NCBI GenBank assembly: GCA_045863335.1
Contig: BTVY01000001.1
Span: 168,671-232,670 of the forward strand
Length of the DNA stretch: 64,000 nt
Source: Candidatus Hydrogenedentota bacterium
GTDB lineage: Bacteria; Hydrogenedentota; Hydrogenedentia; Hydrogenedentales; SLHB01
Direction: 5' to 3'
The notes under the pieces were generated by a model that was not told where the DNA came from, did not search any database, and saw only the letters and a program-made list of their open reading frames with translations. Both the position numbers and the translations under genes were made by a program. Positions 38,379 to 48,645 of the stretch are shown here, piece by piece; positions within the stretch are counted from its first letter, which is position 1, and every line of letters starts with the position of its first letter.

Positions 38379-41300
38379 AAGCGCTCTTCCTCCAGTTCCT
38401 CTCCGGAACCGGCTATCACACGCGAGAGCGTTTCATTGGGCAGATCGTATTCTAGGATCGCGGAAATGCGCTGGGCCCAGTCGCCGAGACGGTTCGGCAG
38501 TTTCGCGCGCTTCCACGCGTCGGCAAGCGTCGGATCGATCGAGGTATGCTTCATGAAATTCGGATCGCCGATGGCACGTGCTTTCGCGCGCACGCCGTCG
38601 GTCATGCGGCCTTCCCCGTAGGGATCGAGCACGGCGGGTTCGAACGGCACGTCGAGGAACGTGCACATGCCGCGCATGATGCGTTCGGGATCGGTAACGA
38701 GTTCCTCGTAGCGCACCGGGAACTGCCGCTCCTCCGGCACGCCTTTCAAGAACTCGATGGTATTCTCGTTGTGCGACGCCCACACCTCTTCCGCGAGCAG
38801 ATAGGGATCGGCATGACCGAAGTCGAACATCTTCCCCGTACGATTCTTCACGTAGGATTCGATGACCGCGTAGGGATGGCGGTAGAGATAGATATACTTC
38901 GGGTTTTCAAAGAGATCCTCGGCGCGCTCCATGGTCTCGCGGCGGCCGGTGTAGGTCGGCGACTTGTCCACGAGCAGCTTGGGCGCCACGCTTTCCTGAA
39001 GCTGTGTGAACACGTCCTGGATGAGCGTGTCCTCCGCGAACATGCGTTCGATAAGCGCTTCCGCGGCGTCGGCATCGAGTCCCTGGGCTTCCATGAACGC
39101 GCGCTGAAGTCCGTCACCGAGGTAGTTGCCTTCGCCGAGGAACGTGCGGCGATCCTTCATGGAATGGAAATGAAGGATGTGCAATTCCGGCGGGCTGAAG
39201 AGCTGCGGGTGCCCTGCGAGCATCACACGCAATAGCGTTGAGCCGGACCGCGGCGCGGACAGCAGAAACGCGCAGGGCGGGTTCTTCCGTTCCGGTTTGG
39301 GCGGAGCGACGATCTTGCCCCTGGCCTTGTTGATGTTGGCTTGAATGAAGCCTTCCGGCGGCGGCGCTTCGCCTTCGCGCTTGCGCTGCATGATATCCAG
39401 CTCGGTGCCGATGTACTCGGCAAGACCCGCCAGCGAGGGCTGCTCAAATACCTCCCGAGGATGAATGCGGATCTTCAGATCGCGACCGAGATTGCGAATC
39501 AGGTCCATGACCATGATGGAATCGAGACCGAGATTGACCACGTTCTGGTCCACCGGCACCGCCGCGGGATCGGTGTGAAGCACTTCGCCGATCGAATTGC
39601 ACAGTTGCTGTTCGATGAGCTTCCGGCGCGCCTCGCCTTCGGACTCGAGGATCTGCTTGCACCGCTCGCTCGGCACGGCGGATTTCCTCGCCTGGCCCGC
39701 AACGTTGGAGAGGAACGGCGTGCCTTCTCCGGTGTCGAAGAGGGATTGCAACGCAGGCCAATCCGCATCGACTACGCCGACCTGTGCGACGTCTCGACCG
39801 AGCAGCATGCCGAACGCGGCAAGGCCTTCATCGGGATCGATGCTGGCGATGCCTTGTTGCGCAAGACGACCGCCGCGATCCGGCTGGGCCGCCATGCCCA
39901 CTTCGGCCCAGGGGCCCCAGTTGATGCTGAGCGCGGGCAGCCCCTTCGCGCGGCGGCAGGCAGCAAGAGCGTCGAGATAGGCGTTGGCCGCGGCGTAGTT
40001 TCCTTGCCCCACGGAACCGAACATGGACGCCGCGGACGAGAACAACACGAAGAAGTCGAGTTCCGCGTCCGCGAAGGCGCGGTGCAGGTTCCATGCGCCT
40101 GCCACCTTGGATCGGCCCACGGTCGTGAAGGACGCGGGGTCCATGTCGTGGATAAGTTGATCGTCGAGTACGCCCGCGGCGTGAATGATGCCACGGATCG
40201 CCGGCCACTGTTCATCCCGGTATTGCGTGAGGAACGCGGTGAGTTGCGCGGCGTCCGACACGTCAACGGCAGCGACGTGAACGGATGAGCCGGCGGCTTC
40301 AAGCTCGCGGACGGCGGCGATGTTCTGTCCAGCGCGACTCGCGGGATCGGTTTTCGACCACTGGTTGCGCGGCGGCAAGGCCGTGCGCGCCAGCAACACG
40401 AGGCGGCGCGCGCCGTGTTGTACCAGCCAATGCGCCAGCTTGGTTCCGAGGCCACCGAAACCGCCCGTGATCAAATACGCGCCATCGGCGCGAAACGCTA
40501 CGTGCGGCGACACCTCAGTCTCGGCAAGTGGAGTCACACGCGCGCCGAATCGGTTTGCCCCACGCAGGGCGACCATAGTCTCGCCATCTTGCGCAAGCAA
40601 TTCGTCGGCCAAGCTCGAAACAGCGCTATCGTCCGGCACGTCGATCAGCTTGCCCATCACGTCCGGGTGTTCCAGCGCGATGCACCGGCCGAGCGCCCAC
40701 AATGGGGCCTGCGAAAGATTGGGCTGTTCACCGTCCGCAATCGCCTGGGCGGATTGCGTCACGATGTACAGGCGTGGTGCGGTCGTCGCGAGCGCGCGTT
40801 TCGCAAGTGCTTGCGCGACGAGCAAGGTGCTGCGGCAAGTTGCCGTAAATTCATCGAGCGCTTTGTTTCCATCTTCCGCTTCGGACGAAACGCGCTTCGG
40901 CAACACAATCACGCCGAATCGACCAGTGCCGTTCGAGTTGAAGGCGGCGTCCAGGCTCTTGTCGATATCTTCCGCACGGACCGATCCGGCGTTCGTTGCA
41001 GCGAGTCCGCGCGCGGTGAGTTCGGCGACAAGCCCGCGCGAGAATTCGTCGTCTCCACCGAACACGAGCCAGGGGCCTGAGTCGTTCATTCGCGCGGCTT
41101 CGGGAAGCGATTCCCACTCGACCGTGTGGAACCACCCCGCGAGCTTGGCGCGTTGCTCTTCGCTGATAGCTGTGGCCGTCGCGCCATCGCTGGCCCGGCC
41201 GCCCAGTGCCTGAACGATGTCGTTCGACGCGCCGGGTTTTACTGTGAACCAATGGCGCTTGAGTTCGAAGGGGTACGTCGGCAGCGCAACGCGCCGGCGC

Positions 41301-44300
41301 GGATGATCCGCATCGAAGGCCTGCCAGTCGAGTTCAACGCCGTTGACCTGCACGGTTGCAGCGGCGGTAAGCAGCGTGCGCCAATTGTCGGCGTCCTTGC
41401 CCAGTGACGGAAGCCACGTCGCATCCGCGTCCGGCAGGCAGCGGCGGCCCATGCCGATGAGGGTGTTGGCCGGGCCGACTTCGAGGAACACCGATACGCC
41501 ATGATCGGCGAGGGCCCTCATGCCGCCATCGAACAGCACGGCGTCGCGAATGTGATCGCGCCAGTATTCGGCGTCCAGCGTCTCCCCGCATTCGAGCGTC
41601 TTGCCGGTGCGGTTCGACACAAGCGGAATGGTGAGCGGCTGGTAGCTGACGTCCTTGGCCACCGCGTGGAACGCATCGAGTATCGGGTCCATCAAGGGCG
41701 AATGGAAGGCGTGGGACACAGTCATCTTGGTGCACCGGACGCCTTGGGCAGAGAACTGTTCGACGACGGCATCCAGCGCATCGCCGACCCCGGACACGAC
41801 GACCAGGTTCGGGCCGTTCACCGCGGCAATGGAGAGGGCCTTCTCTTGGCCCTTGAGCGCGGCGGCGACGGTCTGCTGATCAGAGAAGATGGCGGCCATT
41901 TTTCCGCCCGCGTGAAGCGACTGTATGAGACGCCCGCGTTCGGCGATGAGCCGCAGTCCGTCTTCCAGACTGAACATGCCCGCAAAGCACGCGGCGGCGT
42001 ACTCGCCGACGCTGTGGCCAATCACGTAGTCGGGAGTAATACCCCACGAGCGCCAGAGTTCCGCGAGCGCATACTCGAGCGCGAAGAGCGCCGGTTGCGT
42101 GTACGCCGTTTCGTTGATGGGCGACTCGCCCCCCTCCGCCGGATACAACACGGAGAGCAGCGGCTGCTCCAAATAGGGCTGGAGGATCGCGTCGCAGCGG
42201 TCGATGCTCGCACGAAACGCCGGTTCGGTCTCGTAGAGTTGCCGTCCCATTCCCGCGAACTGGGCGCCCTGTCCCGTAAACAGGAACGCAAGCTTCGGCC
42301 GGAATCCGGAGCGCACCGTGCCGCGGATGACGTTCGGCGCGGACTCGCCTTGGGCAAATTGTTTTAACGCCTCGCCTAGTACATTTCCGGCATCGTCGGC
42401 TTCCAACGGTTCCGTAAGAATGGCCAGGCGCTGTTCAAAAACGCAGCGCGTTGTGTTGGCGGAATAACAGAGGTCACGGATCGCGGCGGGATTCTCAAGC
42501 TCGCGGGACGCGTAGGTTCCGGCGAGATTCTGCAACGCCGTTTCCGTGCGCGCGGAAAGCGTCAACACGTGGCGCGGCCGATCGGGCTGCGACGTCTCGG
42601 CGCGCGCGAGCGTGATCGGGGCTTCTTCAAGCACAACATGACTGTTCGCGCCGCCGAATCCGAAGGCGCTGACGCCGACTAGACGGCGTTTCGATCCGCG
42701 CGGCCAGGGCAGCGGTTCGGTCGGAATCTGGTAGCGGGTTTCGTCCAGCTTTATCAGTGGGTTCACTTTGTCCAGATGCAAATGCGGCGGAATCGTCTCG
42801 TGCTGCAGCGCGAGGACGGCCTTGATAAGCCCAACGATGCCTGCCGCCGGTTCGAGATGTCCCACGTTCGTCTTGGCCGAAGCAATGGCGCAGATGTTGC
42901 CCTCGTCACGTCCTTCGGACAGGACGGTTTGAATCGATTCAATCTCGATGGGATCGCCAAGCGACGTGCCGGTACCGTGGGCCTCGACATAGGCGATCTC
43001 CGAAGGTGCGACGGCCGCGTTCTCCAATGCGGCGCGAATGACCGCCTGTTGCGCCTTCGAACTTGGCGCGGTGAGGCCATTGCTGTGTCCGACGTGATTC
43101 ACCGCCGTACCGCGGACGACCGCGAGCACGTTGTCGCCGTCGGCCAAGGCGTCGGAAAGCCGCTTCAACACGACTAACCCGCAACCTTCGCTGCGCACGT
43201 AGCCGTTTGCCGCCGCGTCGAAGGCCTTACACCGTCCGTCCGGCGCGAGCATGCGCGCCTGCGACAAGGCGATGGTCGCCAAGGGCGACAGGATGACGCT
43301 TACGCCGCCGGCGAGGGCGATGTTGCATTCGCGGTCGCGCAGGCTCTGGCAGGCTTGATGCAAGGCGACCAACGCGGACGAACAAGCCGTATCCACAGAT
43401 ACACTGGGGCCGCGCAGATCGAGCAAATACGAAAGGCGGTTCGACGCGATGGACTGGGTGTTGCCCGTGGCGACGTAGGCGTCGTTCTCCGCGCCAAGCA
43501 GCAGTTGGAGCTGCATGTAGTCAATAGACGAAACGCCAATAAACGTACCCGTGGCCGAACCGGCAAGACGGTCGGCGCGGACGCCGGCATTCTCAAAAGC
43601 CTCCCAGGCCACGTGCAAAAGCAATCGCTGCTGGGGATCCATGCTGGCCGCTTCACGCGGGGAGATGTTGAAGAACGCGGCGTCGAACTTATCAACGTCC
43701 TCTACGAAGCCGCCCCACTTCGTAATCATGCGGCCCGGCGTCGCCAGATCGGGATCGTACAGCGTATCGAAGTTCCAGCGATCCGCGGGAATCTCGCGTA
43801 TCGCATCGCCACCATCGCGCAGCAACTCCCAGAAGGCGTCCGGATTCTTTGCGCCGGGGAACCGGCAACTCATGCCGACGATGGCGATGGGCTCGCCGTG
43901 GGTGCGGGAAATCGTGCTCGTCGCGTCCGGCGACCACGTGCCGGAAAGATGGCGGGCCAGGGCGTCGATGCAGGGGTACTCGTAGACCAGGGTGGGCGAC
44001 AGCGTACGCCCGACGACGCGCTCCAGATCGGCGGCGAGTTCGACGGCAGCCATGGAATGAAGACCGAGACTCGAGAAGGGCTGGCGGATATCCACCTGTG
44101 CCGCGTCGACGTTCAGCCGAAGGGCAATGCGGTGCGCGAGATATTCGCGCAGGTGCACGTAGCTCTTCCCCGCGTCCGTAGACGAAGTGTGCGGGACATT
44201 CGCAATCGAATCGTCAACAGATGAATCGGCGATCGATCTGCCGACCAGGGGAAGTGATTCGTCCTGAAACGCTTTGCGGCAGGAGCGGCGCTGAATCTTC

Positions 44301-45919
44301 CCGCTCGACGTCTTCGGAATCGACCCCGGTTGAACCAGCAGCACCGCATGCACCGGCACTTCGTGTTGTTCGCCGACCGCCGCACGAATCGTGGCCGCAA
44401 CCTGCTCCACATCCAGCCCATCGACGGCATCGCGCGCGACTTCCTGGGCGACGACGAGCAACTCACCGCGTGGGTCTTCGATGGCAAAGGCCGCTCCGCA
44501 TCCCGGGCGCAGCGCGGGATGGCACGATTCGACCGTGAGTTCGATGTCCTGCGGATAATAGTTAATACCGCGAATGATAATGAGGTCTTTGAGACGACCC
44601 GCAACAAAGAGTTCGCCGTCCTGCAGGATTCCGAGATCGCCGGTGCGCAGGTAAGGGCCTTCGCCGCTATCCGCAAGGGTTCCCCAGAAGGTGGCGGCCG
44701 TCTCGTCGGGCCGGTTCCAATAGCCCGACGCGACGCTGGGCCCTTTCACCCAAATCTCGCCGACCTCGCCGTCCGGACGGGGCAGGCAAGTATCGGGCGC
44801 GATGATTCGAACATCCTGATCGGCTGCGGGAGAACCGCAGCCCACGAGCGTCCGGTTCCGTGCGTTGTCTTCCGGGAACTCGCGTACCGCCATGCTGCTG
44901 CCGCGACGCGCGAACGATACCGCAAGCGTGGCTTCGGCAAGACCGTAACAAGGGAGAAACACATCGCTCCGGAATCCGGCGGATTTGAATTTCTGCGCAA
45001 AGGCATCGAGCGTGCCCGGCCGAATCGGTTCGGCGCCATTGAAGGCCACGCGCCACGCGCTCAGGTCCAGAGCGTTGCGTTCATCGTCGGCGATCTTGTC
45101 GACACAAAGCTGATAGGCAAAATTCGGCCCGCCGCTGACGGTCGCGCGGCGCTGGCCCATGGCTTGCAACCACGAGGCGGGTTGCTTCAGGAAGTGCAAG
45201 GGCGACATAAGCGTCGAATCGCAGCCGACAAAGGGCGGAATCAGCACGCCCGCCAGCAAGCCCATGTCATGGAACTGGGGCAGCCAACTGAGCACATGAT
45301 CGTCTGCGGAAAGCCCCGTCGCTTCTCGTATGTAGTTGCAGTTGTGAAGCAAATTGCCATGGGTCACCATCACGCCCTTGGGCGACGACGTGGAACCCGA
45401 GGTGTACTGCAGGAAGGCGAGATTGTTCTCGTCGACACCAGGATTGCGCCATACGTCCGGATCCGCTTCACTGGCGTCGGTCGTAACCCAGCGCAATCCC
45501 GCCAGCGCCGGATGCTCCTGTAAAAGCATTTGCGCCGCTGCCAGGTACTCCGAAGTGGTTAATGCCAGCGTCGCCTGGGCGTCCGCAAACATCGCGAGGA
45601 GCCGCCCGAGCGTCCTTCCGGGACGTGGAGGATAGGCCGGAACCGCCGTCACACCGGCGTAGAGGCATGCGTAAAAAGCGACGTTGAACTCGATGCCGGG
45701 CGCAAAGAACAAAAGGGCGCGGTCGCCCGGTTTGCTAACGGACTGAAGTTCCGCAGCAACGGTGCGCACACGCTCTTCGAATTCGTGATAGCAGACGTTC
45801 TGCGTTGTGTCCGATCCGGAAGCGAGAAGCGAGAAGATGATGGAATCCGGTTGCGCTGCCGTCCGCTCAGCGAGTACATCGATGAAGTTTCGGGTTCTGC
45901 TCAGGGGAAACTTCTCCAA
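38375..45919 (-). CDS. Type I PKS: FAAL-ACP-KS-AT-KR-ACP-sulfotransferase
   Basis: FAAL ([30 protein letters not shown]); ACP GLHSM; KS DTACSS/HGTGT/GHLE; AT GHSVG + HAFHS (malonyl type); KR GGFGGLG, LDD, YAAAN; ACP GLDSI; [29 protein letters not shown]. Confidence 0.96.
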   Translation of the reverse strand: MEKFPLSRTRNFIDVLAERTAAQPDSIIFSLLASGSDTTQNVCYHEFEERVRTVAAELQSVSKPGDRALLFFAPGIEFNVAFYACLYAGVTAVPAYPPRPGRTLGRLLAMFADAQATLALTTSEYLAAAQMLLQEHPALAGLRWVTTDASEADPDVWRNPGVDENNLAFLQYTSGSTSSPKGVMVTHGNLLHNCNYIREATGLSADDHVLSWLPQFHDMGLLAGVLIPPFVGCDSTLMSPLHFLKQPASWLQAMGQRRATVSGGPNFAYQLCVDKIADDERNALDLSAWRVAFNGAEPIRPGTLDAFAQKFKSAGFRSDVFLPCYGLAEATLAVSFARRGSSMAVREFPEDNARNRTLVGCGSPAADQDVRIIAPDTCLPRPDGEVGEIWVKGPSVASGYWNRPDETAATFWGTLADSGEGPYLRTGDLGILQDGELFVAGRLKDLIIIRGINYYPQDIELTVESCHPALRPGCGAAFAIEDPRGELLVVAQEVARDAVDGLDVEQVAATIRAAVGEQHEVPVHAVLLVQPGSIPKTSSGKIQRRSCRKAFQDESLPLVGRSIADSSVDDSIANVPHTSSTDAGKSYVHLREYLAHRIALRLNVDAAQVDIRQPFSSLGLHSMAAVELAADLERVVGRTLSPTLVYEYPCIDALARHLSGTWSPDATSTISRTHGEPIAIVGMSCRFPGAKNPDAFWELLRDGGDAIREIPADRWNFDTLYDPDLATPGRMITKWGGFVEDVDKFDAAFFNISPREAASMDPQQRLLLHVAWEAFENAGVRADRLAGSATGTFIGVSSIDYMQLQLLLGAENDAYVATGNTQSIASNRLSYLLDLRGPSVSVDTACSSALVALHQACQSLRDRECNIALAGGVSVILSPLATIALSQARMLAPDGRCKAFDAAANGYVRSEGCGLVVLKRLSDALADGDNVLAVVRGTAVNHVGHSNGLTAPSSKAQQAVIRAALENAAVAPSEIAYVEAHGTGTSLGDPIEIESIQTVLSEGRDEGNICAIASAKTNVGHLEPAAGIVGLIKAVLALQHETIPPHLHLDKVNPLIKLDETRYQIPTEPLPWPRGSKRRLVGVSAFGFGGANSHVVLEEAPITLARAETSQPDRPRHVLTLSARTETALQNLAGTYASRELENPAAIRDLCYSANTTRCVFEQRLAILTEPLEADDAGNVLGEALKQFAQGESAPNVIRGTVRSGFRPKLAFLFTGQGAQFAGMGRQLYETEPAFRASIDRCDAILQPYLEQPLLSVLYPAEGGESPINETAYTQPALFALEYALAELWRSWGITPDYVIGHSVGEYAAACFAGMFSLEDGLRLIAERGRLIQSLHAGGKMAAIFSDQQTVAAALKGQEKALSIAAVNGPNLVVVSGVGDALDAVVEQFSAQGVRCTKMTVSHAFHSPLMDPILDAFHAVAKDVSYQPLTIPLVSNRTGKTLECGETLDAEYWRDHIRDAVLFDGGMRALADHGVSVFLEVGPANTLIGMGRRCLPDADATWLPSLGKDADNWRTLLTAAATVQVNGVELDWQAFDADHPRRRVALPTYPFELKRHWFTVKPGASNDIVQALGGRASDGATATAISEEQRAKLAGWFHTVEWESLPEAARMNDSGPWLVFGGDDEFSRGLVAELTARGLAATNAGSVRAEDIDKSLDAAFNSNGTGRFGVIVLPKRVSSEAEDGNKALDEFTATCRSTLLVAQALAKRALATTAPRLYIVTQSAQAIADGEQPNLSQAPLWALGRCIALEHPDVMGKLIDVPDDSAVSSLADELLAQDGETMVALRGANRFGARVTPLAETEVSPHVAFRADGAYLITGGFGGLGTKLAHWLVQHGARRLVLLARTALPPRNQWSKTDPASRAGQNIAAVRELEAAGSSVHVAAVDVSDAAQLTAFLTQYRDEQWPAIRGIIHAAGVLDDQLIHDMDPASFTTVGRSKVAGAWNLHRAFADAELDFFVLFSSAASMFGSVGQGNYAAANAYLDALAACRRAKGLPALSINWGPWAEVGMAAQPDRGGRLAQQGIASIDPDEGLAAFGMLLGRDVAQVGVVDADWPALQSLFDTGEGTPFLSNVAGQARKSAVPSERCKQILESEGEARRKLIEQQLCNSIGEVLHTDPAAVPVDQNVVNLGLDSIMVMDLIRNLGRDLKIRIHPREVFEQPSLAGLAEYIGTELDIMQRKREGEAPPPEGFIQANINKARGKIVAPPKPERKNPPCAFLLSAPRSGSTLLRVMLAGHPQLFSPPELHILHFHSMKDRRTFLGEGNYLGDGLQRAFMEAQGLDADAAEALIERMFAEDTLIQDVFTQLQESVAPKLLVDKSPTYTGRRETMERAEDLFENPKYIYLYRHPYAVIESYVKNRTGKMFDFGHADPYLLAEEVWASHNENTIEFLKGVPEERQFPVRYEELVTDPERIMRGMCTFLDVPFEPAVLDPYGEGRMTDGVRAKARAIGDPNFMKHTSIDPTLADAWKRAKLPNRLGDWAQRISAILEYDLPNETLSRVIAGSGEELEEERL

Positions 45920-46460
45920 ACAGGGCCGCCGTCAAGCCACCCTCAATGTTGCAGCGTCATCACTCTCCGGCAACCCGCCAAGATTTCGAGCATGCGCTAA
46001 CCTGTATGAATGCCGCGAGCCGTCGCCCGCGACGTATACCAATCCGCCGCGCATACCATGCGCGTTGGCCGCTTACGCCGCCACCAAAGCGGCAACCGAT
46101 AAAGTGAATCCCCCGATAGACCGGCCGTCGAATTCGCCTCCAAGATGGTGACGGCCAAGTAACGCAGCATACAGCTCGTGGGTGGGAAATTAATGGCGAT
46201 TCCCACATCCTCGACCAGCACCAATTATACTCTAGTCCGCGATTCGCATTACAAATACCGGCTATACAGGGGTTCCTCAAGGCAAGGATACTACATATTG
46301 TGCGGAAATGCCAGCGTGTACAGCCTCAAAAACACTAAATTGGCGTAATTGAGGCGATCTTCAAACCGCAATTTCGTCAATAATTTCCCTTAAAACTCGA
46401 AAGATGTTACCAAAATGTGCCGACTCGGTTCAAATTGGACGACAACCATGAATTTTGGTT

Positions 46461-48326
46461 TCAGGTATTCCGCGAAGGTTCCGAGGGCTCCATACCCAGG
46501 AGGGCGCGAATCTCGGCGTCGAGGATTTGCCGAATCGCGGATGTGACGGGTAAGGCGGGAATTGTCGTCGTCCCTCCAACCGCGGGCAGCGTCATGGGTC
46601 TGTACGCGCGATTCTGCCAGGAGTACCAGCGAAGCGATTCGCTTTCCAGGGGACGGTCGAACTCGAAGCGGACATGAACCGGGCGTCCGTCGTAGTTGAC
46701 GCCAAGTACGGTGACGCGCATGCCGTCCGTTTCCACAACTTGACCGGTCTCCATGGCGGACACGGGCAGCCGGCAAAAGAAGAAGGACCAGGGGTACTCC
46801 ATCCAACCTTCGGGAATGGAAAGTTCCAGCACGTTTTGGGATGGACGATGGACGACGATCTCCCGGTTGCCGCTGTAGAGCACCCACATGGATTTCGGAA
46901 CGGGCTCCCGCTTGGCGGAGCGGAGCAGGGGCAACATGGCGTACATGATGTCGCCGGTGGCGTTCACGATGATGAGGCGGTCTTCTGTGAGTTCTTCGTC
47001 CTGCGGCAGACTCGCGTTGCCCACATCGACGATCTTCCTAACGTAGTGCATGGAGTACGCGTTCGCCGGAAGCATGATGGGAGACACGATCAAGTGGAGA
47101 ACAATCAGGAATGCGGCCACAAATCGCAACGTCACGGGCTTGCACGATCCGTCCGTGAACCACGTCGTTCGATCCGAAACGCCGCCCAGAAACGCGCCGA
47201 GCAGCCCCATCCCGCCGATACCGACGAGCATAAGCAAGCGATACTGGGGAACGGACGAGCAATAGGGAATCGCGCACAACGCCATGCCTGCCGCGTAGAA
47301 CCGGGCCGCACGATTCGCGCGGAGGAGCGGCCAGAACAGCCACGTCAGCAGCACGACGATTCCCGCGGCGAAGGTGATGTAGAGGCCGGTCCAAAAAGGC
47401 GGCAGCAGCGTGTGGTAGATGGGGTCCGGGAACATGAACTGGGAATAGAGCAGCACCGGAAAGAACTTGATTACGGCAAAAACAAAGCCGACGGGATCGG
47501 CAACGGGATCCGTGTAGAAGCTCGACGCGGTAACGCCGTAGCCGAACCACGAATAGAGGATTCGCCAGATCACAACGATGACGGCATAAGGCACGAGGGA
47601 CAGCAGACGCGCGCGCCATGGCGCGGGGTCCATGAAGCACGCATACGCAAACAGATAGCCGGTCACGGCCACGGTGCCCTCGCCGGAGAAGAGTCCAAGC
47701 GCGAGCATGATTCCTGCCAGGACACCGCGGCTCGATTTGCCGGTCTGACGCCAACGATCGTGGGCCAGCAAAACAAACACCGCGAACATGGCGGAAAGGA
47801 TCGCGTTACGGTTGGAAAGCCAACTCACGGAAAGACCGTGCGCGGAATCCACCGCGAAGAGCAGGCCCGCCAGACCCGCAACCCACGCCGGAGTGATGTG
47901 GCGCTGATAAAGTCGCGTCGTGGCGAACGCGAGGATGCCGTAGAGCAGCATGCTGTGAAGATGCATGATCCAGGTATGGCTTCCCCACAGGATAAAATCG
48001 ACATAATGACTGAGGGATGAAATCGGCCGCCAGAAGGAGATCTTCCATTCAGGGTCGGCCCACCAGGGAACGATGCCACGGGCGAGGTATTTCTCATACT
48101 CTTCCGGCGTGCCCTTGCCAAAGGAAAACGTGTCGAGCGTGGCGTTGTCGACCTCGGGCAGCCCGGGCGACCCCATGAACACGGCGCTCCAGTAATAGTC
48201 GTCCGTGACGCGGCCCACGAGCAACGACGGCGCGGTCAATACGCAGGCGATGATGGCGATCATCAACGCGGCGCGCCTTCCGTGAACGCGCGTAAACCGA
48301 GTCTTTAGAATGGATAGCCCAGTCAT
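46461..48326 (-). CDS. Polytopic membrane protein, GT-C-like; paralog of 10125-11939
   Basis: TDDYYW, FWRPI, FAVDSAH, WLSNRN, FSGE, YTDP, PQYRLL; multiple TMs. Confidence 0.6.
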   Translation of the reverse strand: MTGLSILKTRFTRVHGRRAALMIAIIACVLTAPSLLVGRVTDDYYWSAVFMGSPGLPEVDNATLDTFSFGKGTPEEYEKYLARGIVPWWADPEWKISFWRPISSLSHYVDFILWGSHTWIMHLHSMLLYGILAFATTRLYQRHITPAWVAGLAGLLFAVDSAHGLSVSWLSNRNAILSAMFAVFVLLAHDRWRQTGKSSRGVLAGIMLALGLFSGEGTVAVTGYLFAYACFMDPAPWRARLLSLVPYAVIVVIWRILYSWFGYGVTASSFYTDPVADPVGFVFAVIKFFPVLLYSQFMFPDPIYHTLLPPFWTGLYITFAAGIVVLLTWLFWPLLRANRAARFYAAGMALCAIPYCSSVPQYRLLMLVGIGGMGLLGAFLGGVSDRTTWFTDGSCKPVTLRFVAAFLIVLHLIVSPIMLPANAYSMHYVRKIVDVGNASLPQDEELTEDRLIIVNATGDIMYAMLPLLRSAKREPVPKSMWVLYSGNREIVVHRPSQNVLELSIPEGWMEYPWSFFFCRLPVSAMETGQVVETDGMRVTVLGVNYDGRPVHVRFEFDRPLESESLRWYSWQNRAYRPMTLPAVGGTTTIPALPVTSAIRQILDAEIRALLGMEPSEPSRNT

Positions 48327-48511
48327 CGGATCCCGTCGTTGGTGGATGGAATGATGCAGCACACCCAACCGCGTGCATGACGAAGACCGATCTAATCCCC
48401 GGCGGAGGGCGCGAGTACGTCGCGACATGATACCGGATTCGAGCGTGGAGAGTACAGACAACCGTTAAGGCCGCGAGGTCAAAACCCCCGTCCCAGTCGG
48501 ACCCTGGATAA

Positions 48512-48606
48512 ATCGCTATCGGTATCGCTATCGAGATCGGGATCGAAAAAGGATCTGTGGTGCCTCAGATTTCGATACCGATTCCGATCCCGATAGCGAT
48601 ACCGAT
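48512..48606. repeat. Inverted array of ATCGNN hexamers (6 + 6 units)
   Basis: atcgct atcggt atcgct atcgag atcggg atcgaa ... ttcgat accgat tccgat cccgat agcgat accgat. Confidence 0.8.
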
Positions 48607-48611
48607 ATCGA

Positions 48612-48635
48612 GCGGGGCGCCCGGAGGCGCCCCGC
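48612..48635 (-). terminator. GC hairpin downstream of the HEAT gene (no U-tract)
   Basis: gcggggcgcc-cgga-ggcgccccgc, 10-bp perfect stem. Confidence 0.5.
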
Positions 48636-48645
48636 GTGTTGAAGA

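Noticed and set aside
45960-46280. 106-aa ORF or ops/antitermination element upstream of the PKS
   Set aside because: No RBS or coding features, and no exact GGCGGTAG ops motif seen.
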